Below are positions 14,633 through 27,473 of a stretch of DNA of 64,000 nucleotides, one piece after another. The DNA is from Octopus sinensis (Eukaryota): the NCBI RefSeq assembly GCF_006345805.1, contig NC_042998.1, forward strand, positions 196,354,001 through 196,418,000, given 5' to 3'. Position 1 is the stretch's first letter. Each line of letters opens with the position of its first letter. The notes under the pieces are model-generated. The model saw nothing but the letters and a program-made list of their open reading frames with translations, was not told where the DNA came from and did not search any database. A program made the translations under genes and the position numbers.

Positions 14633-15035
14633 TTACTCTTTACTCTTTTTACACTTTTACTTGTTTCAGTCATGTGACTGTGGCCATGCTGGAGCACCGG
14701 CTTTAGTCGAGCAAATCGACCCCAGGACTTATTCTTTGTAAGCCTAGTACTTATTCTATCTGTCTCTTTTGCCGAACCGCTAAGTTACAGGGACGTAAAC
14801 ACACCAGCATCGGTTGTCAAGCGATGTTGGGGGACAAACACAAACACACAAACATATACACACATGTACATATATACGACGGGCTTCTTTCAGTTTCCAT
14901 CTAGCAAATCCACTCACAAGGCTTTGGTGGGCCCGAGGCTATAGTGGAAGACACTTGCCCAAGGTGCCACGCAGTGGGACTGAACCCAGAACCATGTGGT
15001 TCGTAAGCAAGCTACTTACCACACAGCCACTCCTT
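14633..15035 (-). mobile_element. SINE family A (tRNA head, CORE-like block, central TA/TG microsatellite, conserved tail), representative copy
   Basis: About 20 copies, e.g. 14223-14590, 15660-16000, 33200-33430, 37715-38085(-), 38378-38800(-), 53530-53870, 53910-54270(-), 56690-57085(-), 59310-59650(-). Confidence 0.85.
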
Positions 15036-16427
15036 TGCCTAGTAGTTGAAGTTTCTCTGTAAAGAAGGAACTGGTTTGTAACAAAGATACAAAGTTCTAT
15101 CAATGGAATGCAGATTAGAGAAACAAAGTCACATGGTGAACTTGAGAGAAGTCTGGAAGAGCAAAAGAAATTGATTGTATAGAATTTTGTCAGCATATGT
15201 AAACTACTAAGGTTTTCCTCTGTCAAAAGACAGCAGTCTACAAGAAGGAGACACAGTGGAACTGTGCCAGTCATGCTATCATACAAGTACAGTAAGACTT
15301 TATGATGAGTACGGATGAAGAATCGAAGTATATTATTTACATTAGTTTTTAACAGTGGAATTCAAAGTAGATAAATAATCATTTCTATTATAGGCACAAG
15401 GCCTGGATTTTTGTAGGGAGGAGGAGGACAATCAATTATATTGACCCCAATGCCTGACTGGTATTTAATTCAATGACCTCGAAAGGATGAAAGGCAAAGT
15501 TGACCTCGACGGAATTTGAACTCAGAGCATAGTGACAGATGAAATACCACTAAGCATTTTGCCCAGTGTGCTAACGATTCTGCCAACTCACTGCCTTAGA
15601 TAATTAACAGTATGTAAATATTGGTCTTTAAAAAGAAAATCAATTTTTCTATCCAAGTTCAGGCATGGCTCTGTGGTAAGAAGCTTGCTTCCCAACCACA
15701 TAGATCCGGGTTCAGTTCCACTGCATGGCACGTGTCTTCTACTATAACCTCAAGCCAAAGTCTTGTGAGTGGATTTGGTAGATGGAAACTGAAAGAAGCC
15801 CATCATATATGTGTGTGTCTGTATTTGGCGCCTACCACTTGACAACCAGGGACAGTGTGTTTACATCCCTGTAACTTAGCAGTTCAGCAAAAGAGGCCGA
15901 TAGATTAAGTACAGGGGTCGATTCCTTCAACTAAAATTTTTCAAGGCAGTGCCCCAGTATGGCCGCAGTCAAATTACTGTAGCAAGTAAAAGAGAGAAGA
16001 CAAAAGAAGTATTTTTTTAAACTCAATAGTCAACATGCTGTATGTTATAACTTTATCTACTTTCTGCTCCACAATTAGAAAAATAATTTACTTCGTATCT
16101 CTCTCAAAGTTTCTACTTTGTTATAACGTAAACATCTTACAATTCTTATTGGTATGAACAAAGCTTCTAAATTGGACGGAAAAATTTGAAGGGGGTGCTT
16201 TGGTGTAATGGTTAGAATATCTGTCATGTCCACAGAAGATCTGGCTTCATGTCCCATGGGAAGCCTTCAACTTTTTTCCATCCAAAAGTTTTTTTTTAAC
16301 ACAATATTCTACAAGCTATTATTTATAGCTTTAGCTACTTCAAGGTCCATAATTAAAAATGATTTACTTCATATCTCTTGAGTTTTCTAAATTCTTATAA
16401 CAATGATAAATGTGTGTGTGTGTGTGT

Positions 16428-16458
<31 letters not shown>

Positions 16459-16465
16459 GTGCGTG

Positions 16466-16506
<41 letters not shown>

Positions 16507-16734
16507 ATAAATGATTAACATGACTCTTCGATGATTTCATTATTTAAATTTCAACACATCATCTCCAACCACATCCCTTGCTAGTTTATGTACCACTCGG
16601 ATATCTACAAAAACTTCTTGGAAACGTTTTTATAAAAAAAAAAAAAAATTTAATTTTTCTAATGACAATGCAGTTTCTTTAAGAAAGGAAGAAAAAAATG
16701 AGACTATAACATAAGAGTCTCTAATAAATGGTTT

Positions 16735-16771
<37 letters not shown>

Positions 16772-17522
16772 GAAGAGTGCCACATCATGTGAAATTGGCT
16801 GAACGATATTTCGGCATCTAGCATGTCTTCCACAGGTTCAAAATTGCATGTCAGTCTACTTGGCTTTTTTGTTTAGACTTTATAGGACTGAGGTAACTCA
16901 TCCAGAAGTTATACACAAATAAATAGAAGAGTGCCACATCATGTGAAATTGGTTCTATTTATTTGTGTATAACTTCTGGATAAGTTACCTTGGTCCTCAT
17001 CATTGTTTAACGTCCGCTTTCCATGCTAGCATGGGTTGGACGGTTCGACCGGGGTCTGGGAAGCCAGAAGGCTGCATCAGGCCCAGTCTGATCTGGCAGA
17101 GTTTCTACGGCTGGATGCCCTTCCTAACGCCAACCACTCTGAGAGTGTAGTGGGTGCTTTTTACGTGCCACCAGCACAGGTGCCAGGCGAGGCTGGCAAT
17201 GGCCACGATCGGTTGGTGATTTTTATGTGCCACCGGCATGGAGGCCAGTTGGGGCGGCGCTGGCAACGGCCACGTTCGGATGAATTCTTTTCCATGCCAC
17301 CGGCACTGGTATCACAACTACAATTTCCATTGATTTTTGAGCGATTTCGATTTCTGGTCCTATATAGTCTTAACAAAAAATGAAATAGACTGACATGTAA
17401 TTTTGAACCTGTGGAAGGCACGCTAGATGCCGAAATATCGTTCAACCAATTTCACATGATGTGGTACTCTTCTATTTATTTGTGTATAACTTCCGGATGA
17501 GTTACCTCGGTCCTATAAAGTC

Positions 17523-17572
<50 letters not shown>

Positions 17573-19065
17573 GTAATAAAAGGCTAGCAAGAGACATGGT
17601 GCAGATAAGTAACAAAAGGAAGCAATTTGCTTGTGTGCAACAAGCAGCGCAAGACTGTTTCTGTTAGTAAGAACTTGTCCACGGGGTTAGTCAGAACGGT
17701 GCACTTACCATAATCTACTATTTAATCTGCAAAGAACCAAGATAATATTTAAGTGCAACAAGGGTCTCACATATCTAATTATACATGCAAGTTTCATTAA
17801 CACTGGTACACAGATGGGAAATATTTATTTTTTTTTTAATTAATTTTAATTAAACTTAATTAGTTTCATTTGGTATTCTTGGTAGTGTTGTACAACTCTG
17901 GGTCAGCTGTAATCAAGTAAACTTATGATCAAAGGCTTTTCAGTTATGACCATCCCACCTTTTGTATATTTGTCCTGTGTGTCTAAATTAAAAAAAAAAA
18001 AGTGCCCTTTTTTAAAGCCTAGCCAGGTTCATGGGCTTGGTTTCCCGGTTTCTATGGTGTATGTGTTCCCCAGCTGGACGGGACGCCAGTCCATCGCAGC
18101 GTTACTCATTTTCGCCATCTGAGTGGACTGGAGCAACGTGAAATGAAGTGTTTTGTTCAAGGAGACAACGTGTCGCCCGGTCCAGGAATCGAAACCACAA
18201 TCTTACGATCATGATGCTGACACCCTAACCACTAAGCCACGCGCCTCCACGTCTAAATTAAAGACAGTAGAATTTGACTTGAGTGAGATTTGGTCATGAT
18301 TTCAAGCGACCACATACAGGATCCTTTATTGGTTAATATCTGTTGGTGTCAGACTGTTGTGTTGTCCAAGTTAGTAGATGTCCGATTTTTTTGTCATAAT
18401 ATTTATAATAACAGTTACAATATTAATTGCTAATTAACGTTAGTTTCTAGTTCAAGTTATGTCATTAGTTGTTGGTGAGTTTCAATGGAGTTTCTTTCTG
18501 CCTAAAGATTTAGTGAAGCAATATAAATATAATTTGTTTAAATTTCCATCCATAACAAGTTGAAAACATATCTTAAATTTACTGATAATGAAAAAAGACT
18601 CAAGGGGCCGGATGACCCTTCAATTTAAATCCTGCTAAAACCATTTTTGATTCTCTTAATCCTTCGCTTATCCGAAGCATTCTCATAAGTTTGTCCTAAG
18701 CAACCATGTTTGTTGTCAGACATTTAGTTAGCCCATGTTTCATATATCATCATCATTATCATCCTCATTTAACATCCATTTTCCATGCTGGTATGGGCTG
18801 AATGGTTTGACTGAAGCTTTCAAGACCAAGAGCCACACCAGCTTCCATTGTCTGTTTTGGCATGGTTTCTATGGCTGGATGCCCTTCCAAATGCCAACCA
18901 CTTTACAGAGTGTACTGGGTGCTTTTTATGTGCCGCCAACCCCAGTGCTTTCTGTGTGCCACTAGCACACTCTGAGTGACACAAAGCTTTCCTTTCATAA
19001 GCCCCAAGTTACTCTAGTGGTTGGAAAGAATTCAGCATGTGCTTCAAATATGATACATGGATGCC

Positions 19066-19153
19066 AGTGTATCACATGTGGCCTGTGTATCACATGTGGC
19101 CTGTGTATCACATGTGATCTGTGTATCACATGTGGCCTGTGTATCACATGTGG
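19066..19153. repeat. 18-bp minisatellite TGTGTATCACATGTGGCC, ~5 copies
   Basis: Read directly. Confidence 0.9.
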
Positions 19154-22100
19154 TACAAAGGATAGGAAAAAGGTTAAAGACCAGTCAGTTAAAGACGGGC
19201 AAAACTCAGGGCATTTTGGTAGGGCCTCTGAAACTGGTAGGAAAAAGATCTTTAGATGCTTAAAATGATAGGTATCCGATGACCAGGTGGTAATCATGTT
19301 AAACTAGACAACAGTTTAATTAAATAATTAAAGATAAGTACAGCTACCAACAGGCTCCCATGTTGTTTTCATCTACTCCAATTTCAATCACAATGTTTAG
19401 AACAGTCCAAGATAATGATAAAAGATTCCTGCCGCAGACACCTGTCAATAGGATTGGATGTGGAACCATAGGATTGTGAAGTATCTTAATCACATGGCTA
19501 TACCAATACCAAACAGATTTTGCTGCTATTAGTAGCAGATCAAGCACACCTTTATATTGGTTCCTCCCTCAATGGCTCAGGAAAGTTTTATAGATGAGCA
19601 ACATATTTAATTAATCAATCAGTTAATTAGTCTCACATGCAATCTAGAAAGTTTTCTGAGTTACACAGGATTAATTAGTTTATCCATAATAGAAATTAGT
19701 AAGATAAACGATGAAATGTTAATTAATGACATTTAAAAAAATATGAAACAAGCTGTCAGAATTGGTAAAATAAAGGACAAAATGCCATGCAATATTTAGT
19801 TAAGTTTTTTTATATATATATGACAGGCTTCTTTCAGTTTCCATCCGCTAAATCCACTCACAAGGCTTTGGTTGGCCCGAGGCTATAGTAGAAGACACTT
19901 GCCCAAAGTGCCATGCAGTGGACTGAACTTGGAACCTTGTGGTTGGTAAGCAAGCTACTTCCCACACATCAATCCTGCACCTATTATACTCATATTATAT
20001 TCATATTTTGTACAGGCTTCTGATACTAGATTTCAAGGTAAAATTTACTGCACATTTTCTCAACATGACAAATTTGTAACACTTTTGCCTACGTTCTTTT
20101 AGTACAAATATATCGAGGTTACTTGCCATATTTTTTATTAACTGATATTATCCATGCAATTAGTAGATAAAAACTCTGTCCAAAATAAGCAAGAGAGCTG
20201 TTCAATGAATTGTCATTTACAATCTATGGACCTCTTATCTTTGTAGTTTTATAAAAAAAAAATGCTGTGTATAGACCCATTTTAACACCCTTTATTTCTA
20301 ATTCAATGACTACCGGCACCAGTGTAGAATTATCAACAAGTCTTTAGTTAACTATTTAAATATACTAACTTTAAATATACAATACTTTGGCATTTTACCT
20401 TACTGGGACCACTTTTCTATTCAAATATACCAGTATAGCAGTTTTATCAATACAATAGTACTTCGGTATTCGAACAACTCTGATCATGAATAAATCATGC
20501 TATATATATATATGTGGAGGTGCAATGGCCCAGCAGTAAGGCCAGCAGACTCGCGGTCGTAGGATCGCGGTTTCGATTCCCAGACCGGGCGTTGTGAGTG
20601 TTTATAGAGCGAAAACACCTAAAAGCTCCACAACGCTCCTGCAGGGGGTGGTGATCCCTGCTGTACTCTTTCACCACTCTTTCTCCCACTCTTTCTGTTG
20701 GCCTGCTTGCTTAGCCAGCGGGGTGGCGTCATTCAAAGGCTAAAACAATGCGAACGCATTGTGACCAGCGATGTGTAACAACATCTGATGGTCTGGTCGG
20801 TCACGTGATATATATATATAAAGCATGATATATTCGTGATCAGAGGCAGTCGTAAACCGAAGTTCTACTCTATGATAGTTTTACTGAACTTATTCTAAAT
20901 CCTGTTAAAATCTCCATATTGCTATTCCATAGAATAGTGGAATGGTGAAGAACAAAGGAATAAAATAAACGTTTTTTACTTACTGTTTTATAATTATTAG
21001 GAATTAGTCAACAATGCAAATATTTTCAGGTGACAATATAAGTAAAAAGGTGAAATCAAACGCTACTGAGATTAAAGGAAAAATAATGCTTTAAATAGGA
21101 AATGACGAGAGCAATAAACAAAATAATTCATTTTGTCTCTATGATGTAAACTATTTACCTTCTTCCTTAATTACTACAATTGGTTACTTTAATATATTGA
21201 TAGTATTGATCTACATTGATGAGAGATATTTACTCAACTGATTTTTATCACTGACGATTATCAAACAATCTAATAATGTATTATATTTATAATCTACCAT
21301 CATCATCATCATCATCATCATCATTTAACCCTTTCGTTACCAACCCGGCTGAAACCGCCTCTGGCTCTGTAGTACAAATGTCTTGTTTTCATAAGTTTTG
21401 AATTAAAATCTTCCACCAAACCTTAGTCACAATTTATGTTCCTAACACTAGCTTAATGATAACTAAGGTATTTTACTAAATTCTTTGCTATCATCATCAT
21501 CGTCGTTTAGCATCCGCTTTCCATGCTGGCATGGGTTGGACGGTGCAAAGGGGTCTGGGAAGCCAGAAGGCTGCACCAGGCCCAGTCTGATCTGGCAATG
21601 TTTCTACGGCTGGATGCCCTTCCTAACGCCAACCACTCCATGAGTGTAGTGGGTGCTTTTTACGTGCCACCGGCACAGGTGCCAGGCGAGGCTGGCAAAC
21701 GGCCACGATCGGATGGTGCTTTTTACATGCCACCGGTACGGAAGCCAATCAGGGCAGCACTGGCAACGGCCACATTCGGATGGTTAGAAACACAAAGCAT
21801 CTCAAAATAAATACGGTAACAAAAGGGTTAATGTCTGTTTTCTATGCTGGCATGGATCGAATGATTTGACAGGAGCTGGCATGGTTGGAGATCTGCATTA
21901 GGTTCCACTTGTCTGTTTCAACATGGTTTTTAAAGCTGGAAGCCCTTCCTGATGCCAACCACTTTACAGAGAGTAATGCCTGCTTTCTATGTGGTGCCAC
22001 CACAGTTTTTTTTTACTTGGCAAAAGTTATTATTTCAAAGCATGTTTAACAGTAACAATATTGGAGTGGGAACCTTATTGCTGAGGGTAGAGACAAATTT

Positions 22101-23327
22101 ACTGGAAACCTCATGGTGACTGGTCAAATAAACCACCAAGTAATAATCCAAGCCCTGGTCAACATGAATTTTACAATGTACCTTATGAAGCAGTCAACAT
22201 TGTTTGGTCTCAACTACTCTATGTGGTTCCAAGTTCAATCTTACTGCACAGCACCTTGAGCAAGCTTCTCCTACCATAGTCTTCGGCTGACCAAAGCCTT
22301 GTGAGTAGAATACAGTACAAAGAAACTAGACAAGGCCTGTTTTTTGATGGAGTCTTGACCCATCACCTAGTTTAACATTCCCACCCAGCCCTTGGGTGCC
22401 TTTAGCAGATTTCTCTCTGTTGCACGCATTTGGGCCAGGTCTTCATCCAAAGACGACTCCCTCCCAACAAGCCTCAGAGACACCCACCTTCCCAAATAAG
22501 GGGTCATGGGTACTGTTCTTCGTTCGCTCACTCAGCTGTAGAAATAAGTTGCGACATCACTGGTACCAAGCTGTATTGGCCTTTGCCTTTCCCTTGGACA
22601 ACATCGGTAGCATGAAGAGGGGAGGCTGGTATGCATGGTGACTGCTGGTCTTCCATAAAACAACCTTGCCCGTACTTGTGCCTAGGAAGGTAACTTTCTG
22701 GGTGCAATCCTATGGTCATTCATGACCAAAGGGGGACTTGACCCTTTTATCTTTTACTGTGGAAGAGAAGATCTTTCCTAATTACTCTGATACCTGTGTA
22801 GGCATGTCTGTATGGTTAAGAAGTTTGATCTGCAAATACATAGTTTTAGGTTCAACCCTACATCCGAACACGGGCTATAGGGCCCAGGCCAACCAATGCC
22901 TTGTGAGTGAATTTGGTAGATGGAAACTGTGTGGAAGCTCATTGTGTAGATAAGTACAAGTTCGTATGTTTGTCACTACTCACCACCACCTGGAAACTTT
23001 TACTGCTGGTTTGTTTATGTCCCCTTAACTTAGTCATTCGGTAAAAGAAACTAACTTATCCTAAAGGTAGCAGACATGAAAAAACCCATAAATATTGGGG
23101 TCGATTTATCTAAATCGTTCAAGGTAGTTAATCTAACAACTTAGCCACTTAACGTCCTTTTCTAAACTGTTTAGTGAGTAATTCCGAAATTCTGGGATTG
23201 CAAAACAAATATAAATAAAGCCTGAATAGTCGCTGCTTCTGATGGGAGGCGGGTGGCCGATGGGACAACAAGGAGATAATGTTCTAAAGCAAAGAAGAAG
23301 AAGAAGAAGAAAATGGCAAAAACTCAC

Positions 23328-23401
23328 TTCTGGGCTCCTATATGATAGGAGATGAGTCGAAAGTTACCATCAGGAGGAACAAAAGAAAGAACTCGCTCAC
23401 T
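23328..23401 (-). CDS. AP3M1: AP3M1 exon 8 (SERVLSFVPPDGNFRLISYHIGAQ-N)
   Basis: TTTCAG acceptor, GTGAGT donor; phase 0 in, 2 out; SFVPPDGNF motif. Confidence 0.96.
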
Positions 23402-24279
23402 CTGAAAAGACAAAGACAATGGAATGATTGTAATTAGGAACAAAGCTTTGTGTTCGTCTTCATCATATTTAATTCATAACAAACACCACAACAAATATAT
23501 ACATGGACATAGGAGAAGGTGTGGTTGGGTGGTAAGAAGCTTACTTCCCAACCACATGGTTCCGGGTTCAGTCCCACTGAGTGGCACTTTAGCCAAGTGC
23601 ATTCTACTATATCCCTCAGCTGACCAAAGCCTTCGGAGTGATTTGGTAGATGGAAACTGAAAGAAGCTCATAATATATATATATCATCATCATCATCATC
23701 ATCATTTAACGTCCGCCTTCCATGCTAGCATGGGTTGGACGGTTCAACTGGGGTCTGGGGAGCCCGAAGGCTGCACCAGGCCAGTCAGATCTGGCAGTGT
23801 TTCTACAGCTGGATGCCCTTCCTAACGCCAACCACTCCAAGAGTGTAGTGGGTGATTTTATGTGCCACCGACACAGGTGCCAGACGAGGCTGGCAAACGG
23901 CCACGCTCGGATGGTGTTTTTTATGTGCCACCGACACAGGTGCCAGACGAGGCTGGCAAACGGCCACGATCGGATGGTGCTTGTTACATGCCCACAGCAC
24001 GGAGGCCAGTCGATGCGGTACTGGCTACGGCCACGTTCGGATGGTTTTCTTGTGTGCCACGTGCCACCGGCACTGGTACCACAAAGATACAAATTCCATT
24101 GATGTTCATCTATTTTGATTTGTTTTGATTTTGATTTTCACTTGCCTCAACAGGTCTTCACAAGTGTCACAAGAAGGAAGGTATATATATATATATATTG
24201 GATCATCCTATAAATAATGTATATAAATAATATACTTCTTTTATTTTTCAAAATTAAGATAAACAAAGTTCTTTTTTAT

Positions 24280-24935
24280 TCTTAAATATACTCTCCTTCA
24301 TTTTCTGCAATGCTCTTCCATCTATCTGGTAGACTTGCAAGGCCCCTCTTCCAAAATTCACTCATCCATGACAAAAATTACTCCTCCAGTACTGTCCTGA
24401 CCTCGTCTACAGAATTCATATTTTTCCCGTCCAAATCATTTTGAAAACTGCAGAATAAATGATAATCAGATGGGGCAATGTCCGGTGAATATGGTGGATG
24501 GGGCATCATTTCCCATTCAAACTGTTCCAACCTTTCGAATGTCATCCCCACTGTATGTGGCTGAGTATTATCCTGATGGAAGAACACCTTTCATCTTGAA
24601 ACCAAAGATGGTCATTTTTCTGATGGCATGCAGGTGTCGATGAATAATTGAATGACCAAATCCAAGCTTCTCTGCTAGTTCCTCAACAGTTACAATGGGA
24701 TTTTCTTCCACCATGGTTTGCAGAACATCCTCTTCAAGCTCTACAGATCTTCCAGAATAAGGCTCATCTTCTAGACTGTAGTTTCCAGCTCAGAATTTCT
24801 GGAACCAATGTTGACACTGGCTTACACTTATTGTCCAATCCCCATATACTGCATTAATAGTCCTCACACTTTCCATTGCATTGTTGCCTTCATTGAACTC
24901 AAAATATGCCGAATATGCTCCTTTGTCACTTCCAT
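24280..24935 (-). mobile_element. Internally deleted, degenerate mariner (DD34D) transposase
   Basis: N-terminal HTH (MEVTKEHIRHI...EDEPYSGRS) joined directly to FFHQDN...HPPYSPDIAPSDYHLF; the middle of the catalytic domain is missing and there are stops. Confidence 0.9.
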
Positions 24936-25403
24936 TAAAGCTTTGAAATATTAGCTGTTAAAATCGAACTGCACTCTTCAAAACTTGCACTAAGAATAAG
25001 GACAAGGTAAAATTACTACCTGCTTTTATAGCAAGTTGAGGCAGGTAGTTTTCATCACAACTACACTGAAACTGTAGGTTTTATGCCAATATTGGCCTTA
25101 CAAGGCACCCTCAAAACTCGTGAAAAGTAAAGTTGTTAATTTGGACGACTTCAGAAACATGAAAGATGAGTGTCATATCTTCCTCCTTCGATTAAGCTGT
25201 CAAAAGATAATTTATAATTATTTCATCTAAAATCTACCTCCTGGGACTGGCATTATTAAATATCACTATAATATTCAGTAAAGTTTGATGAATTAACCAG
25301 TTCTTTCTAATTGCATTCTGACAGAACTATTCATGTAATTACACCAGTCAAGAATTATTTCCATTATGCTGAAGTTATTGCTACTAAAGACAAAAGTCTT
25401 TAA

Positions 25404-25869
25404 CCCTTTCGTTACCATATTTCTGTTGAGATGCTCTGTGTTTCATTCAATTTATTTAAAATATAACAAAGAATTTAGTAAAATAACTTAGTTATCATTA
25501 AGCTAGTATTGGGAACATAAATTGTGACTAAGGTTTGGTGGAAGATTTTAATTCAGAACTTATGAAAACAAGACATTTGTACTAGAGGCAGTTTCAGCCA
25601 GGTTGGTATCAAAAGGGTTAAGAATTGTTTCTCTATTATATATTTTAACCCTTTTGTTACCATATTTCTATTGAGATGCTCTGTGTTTCTTTCAATTATT
25701 TTAAATATAACAAAGAATTTAGTAAAACAACTTGGTTATCATTAAGCTAGTGTTAGGAACATAAATTGTAACTAAGGTTTGGTGGAAGATTTTAATTCAG
25801 AACTTATGAAAACAAGACATTTGTACTACAGAGCCAGAGGCAGTTTTGGCCGGGTTGTTATCAAAAGGG
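25404..25869. mobile_element. Two adjacent piggyBac-like MITEs (25404-25617, 25649-25869)
   Basis: Each TTAA|CCCTTT...AAAGGG|TTAA; partial copy from 21329; other TTAA MITE families at 45989-46204 and 47674-47892. Confidence 0.75.
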
Positions 25870-26015
25870 TTAAGAGCAATTATTCTGGTTTATATGATGA
25901 AGATAATAAAGTGCTGTTGACATCTGAAGAGAATGGAATATTTTCCAGAGTTACAACAGAAGGCAGAGGTAAATAAAGAAGAGAGAGAGATGAACAGGGC
26001 AGGATATATACTTAC

Positions 26016-26129
26016 TTCCCATCTCTTAAAACGCACGCACGGATGGAAGCTAACATCATCTAACAAGCGTGGATTCATGAAAGACAATGTTAGGTCAGGC
26101 ATGCCGCTGAGCTTGATCAAGCAATCAAT
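26016..26129 (-). CDS. AP3M1: AP3M1 exon 7 (IDCLIKLSGMPDLTLSFMNPRLLDDVSFHPCVRFKRWE)
   Basis: TTCCAG acceptor, GTAAGT donor; phase 0/0; LSGMPDL and DDVSFHPCV motifs. Confidence 0.97.
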
Positions 26130-26390
26130 CTGGAAATATAACGACGATAGGGATCAGATAATTAATATGTAATTATTACACTGGCTTCTCAACCATTGTA
26201 TTCATATTCAAATACAAATCATCATAACTTTCAGGGCTGGATCGAAATTCTATAGAAAATCTATAGAGAGGAACATAAAAATGAGACTATCGCACTGCTA
26301 ACACAAAAGTAAGGCACAATGTTGCCTTGTAAACCTTTAATATACTTGGTGATATATCATGGTTGCACAACAAAGTACTGTATCCTTGCA

Positions 26391-26710
26391 GTTCTATATT
26401 TAAGAGATGAGGAATTATTCACATTTGACAGATATTTGTCCTCATCTTGTCTGTTGTTAACACGACATTTCGGCTGATATACCCTCCACCCTTCATTAGG
26501 TGTCTTGGGGAAATCTCAAACCTGGGTTATCATTCCTAAGATATTTTTCAATGTTGTTATTATTATTATTATTATTATTCAGGTCACTACTTGGAATTGA
26601 ATTTAGAATCTTGGGGTTAGTAGCTCGTGCTCTTAACCCACGGGCATATGGCATAGTGGTTAAGAGCATGGGCTACTAACCTCAAGATTCCGAGTTCGAT
26701 TCCAGGCAAT
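26391..26710. mobile_element. Second head-to-head copy of the tRNA/hammerhead element
   Basis: Nearly full minus-strand unit 26391-26638; plus-strand head 26642-26710 with B box GTTCGATTCC, ending just before the RTE at 26750. Confidence 0.75.
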
Positions 26711-26749
26711 GGCGAGGAGGAGGAGGAAGAGGATGCCACCGACGACATT

Positions 26750-27455
26750 TCCTGCAAAAGAGGGAGACCCAGGAAGATATGTGATGAGGTGGTGAAGCAT
26801 GACCTTCAAATGTTGGGCTTCACAGAGACAATGACGAAAGACTGAGACCTCTGGAGACATGCTGTGACTGAGAAGACCAGCAAGGAAAGTGAGATCACAG
26901 CCTTGGCCTACACCAGTGTCACATAACCAGACTATTTAAAAAGTACCTTTGAATCGTCAGGCGACATTCCGTGCTTGAGGAGATCTATCGAGTCTAATAA
27001 ATCAAAATCAAATCAAATCAAATGGAAATTGTAGTTGTGGCCATTACCAGTGCTGGTAGCACGCAATAAGCACCATTCAATCACGTGTGGGTCACTGCCA
27101 GAGCTGCTTGACTTGCTCCCTGTGCCAGTGGCACATAAAAACCACCTTCTGAACGTGGTCGATGCCAACCCCACTGCCCCGACTGGTTCCTGTGCCAGTA
27201 GCACATAAAAACTACCATCCAAACATGGCCAATGCCAGTGCCGCTTGACTGGCTCCCGTGTCGGTGGCACATAAAAAGCACCCACTACACACACGGAATG
27301 GTTGACATTAGGAAGGGCATCCAGCTGTAGAAACATTACCAGATCAGATTGGAGCCTGGTGAGGCCTCCTGGCTTGCCAGTCCCCAGTCAAACTGTCCAA
27401 CCCATGCCAACATGGAAAACAGACATTAAACGATGATGATGATGATGATGATGAA
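26750..27455 (+). mobile_element. 5'-truncated RTE LINE: ORF C-terminus, VNTR-containing 3' UTR and (GAT)n tail
   Basis: Translates CKRGRPRKICDEVVKHDLQMLGFTETMTKD*DLWRHAVTEKT. About 25 other 3' fragments, e.g. 1-190(-), 4046-4221, 6295-6945, 16998-17340(-), 21490-21790(-), 23685-24180(-), 30605-31250(-), 35040-35375, 46940-47325(-), 50060-50670. Confidence 0.85.
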
Positions 27456-27473
27456 GAATTATTTTTTACTCAC

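Noticed and set aside
19017-19268. CITCGL repeats resembling a metallothionein or ferredoxin
   Set aside because: Product of an 18-bp minisatellite; open in several frames; no gene structure.
23860-24070. Repeat-spacer-like arrays here, in other RTE UTRs and in SINE-C multimers as CRISPR
   Set aside because: Eukaryotic intronic context; units are wholly repeated with no unique spacers; no cas genes.
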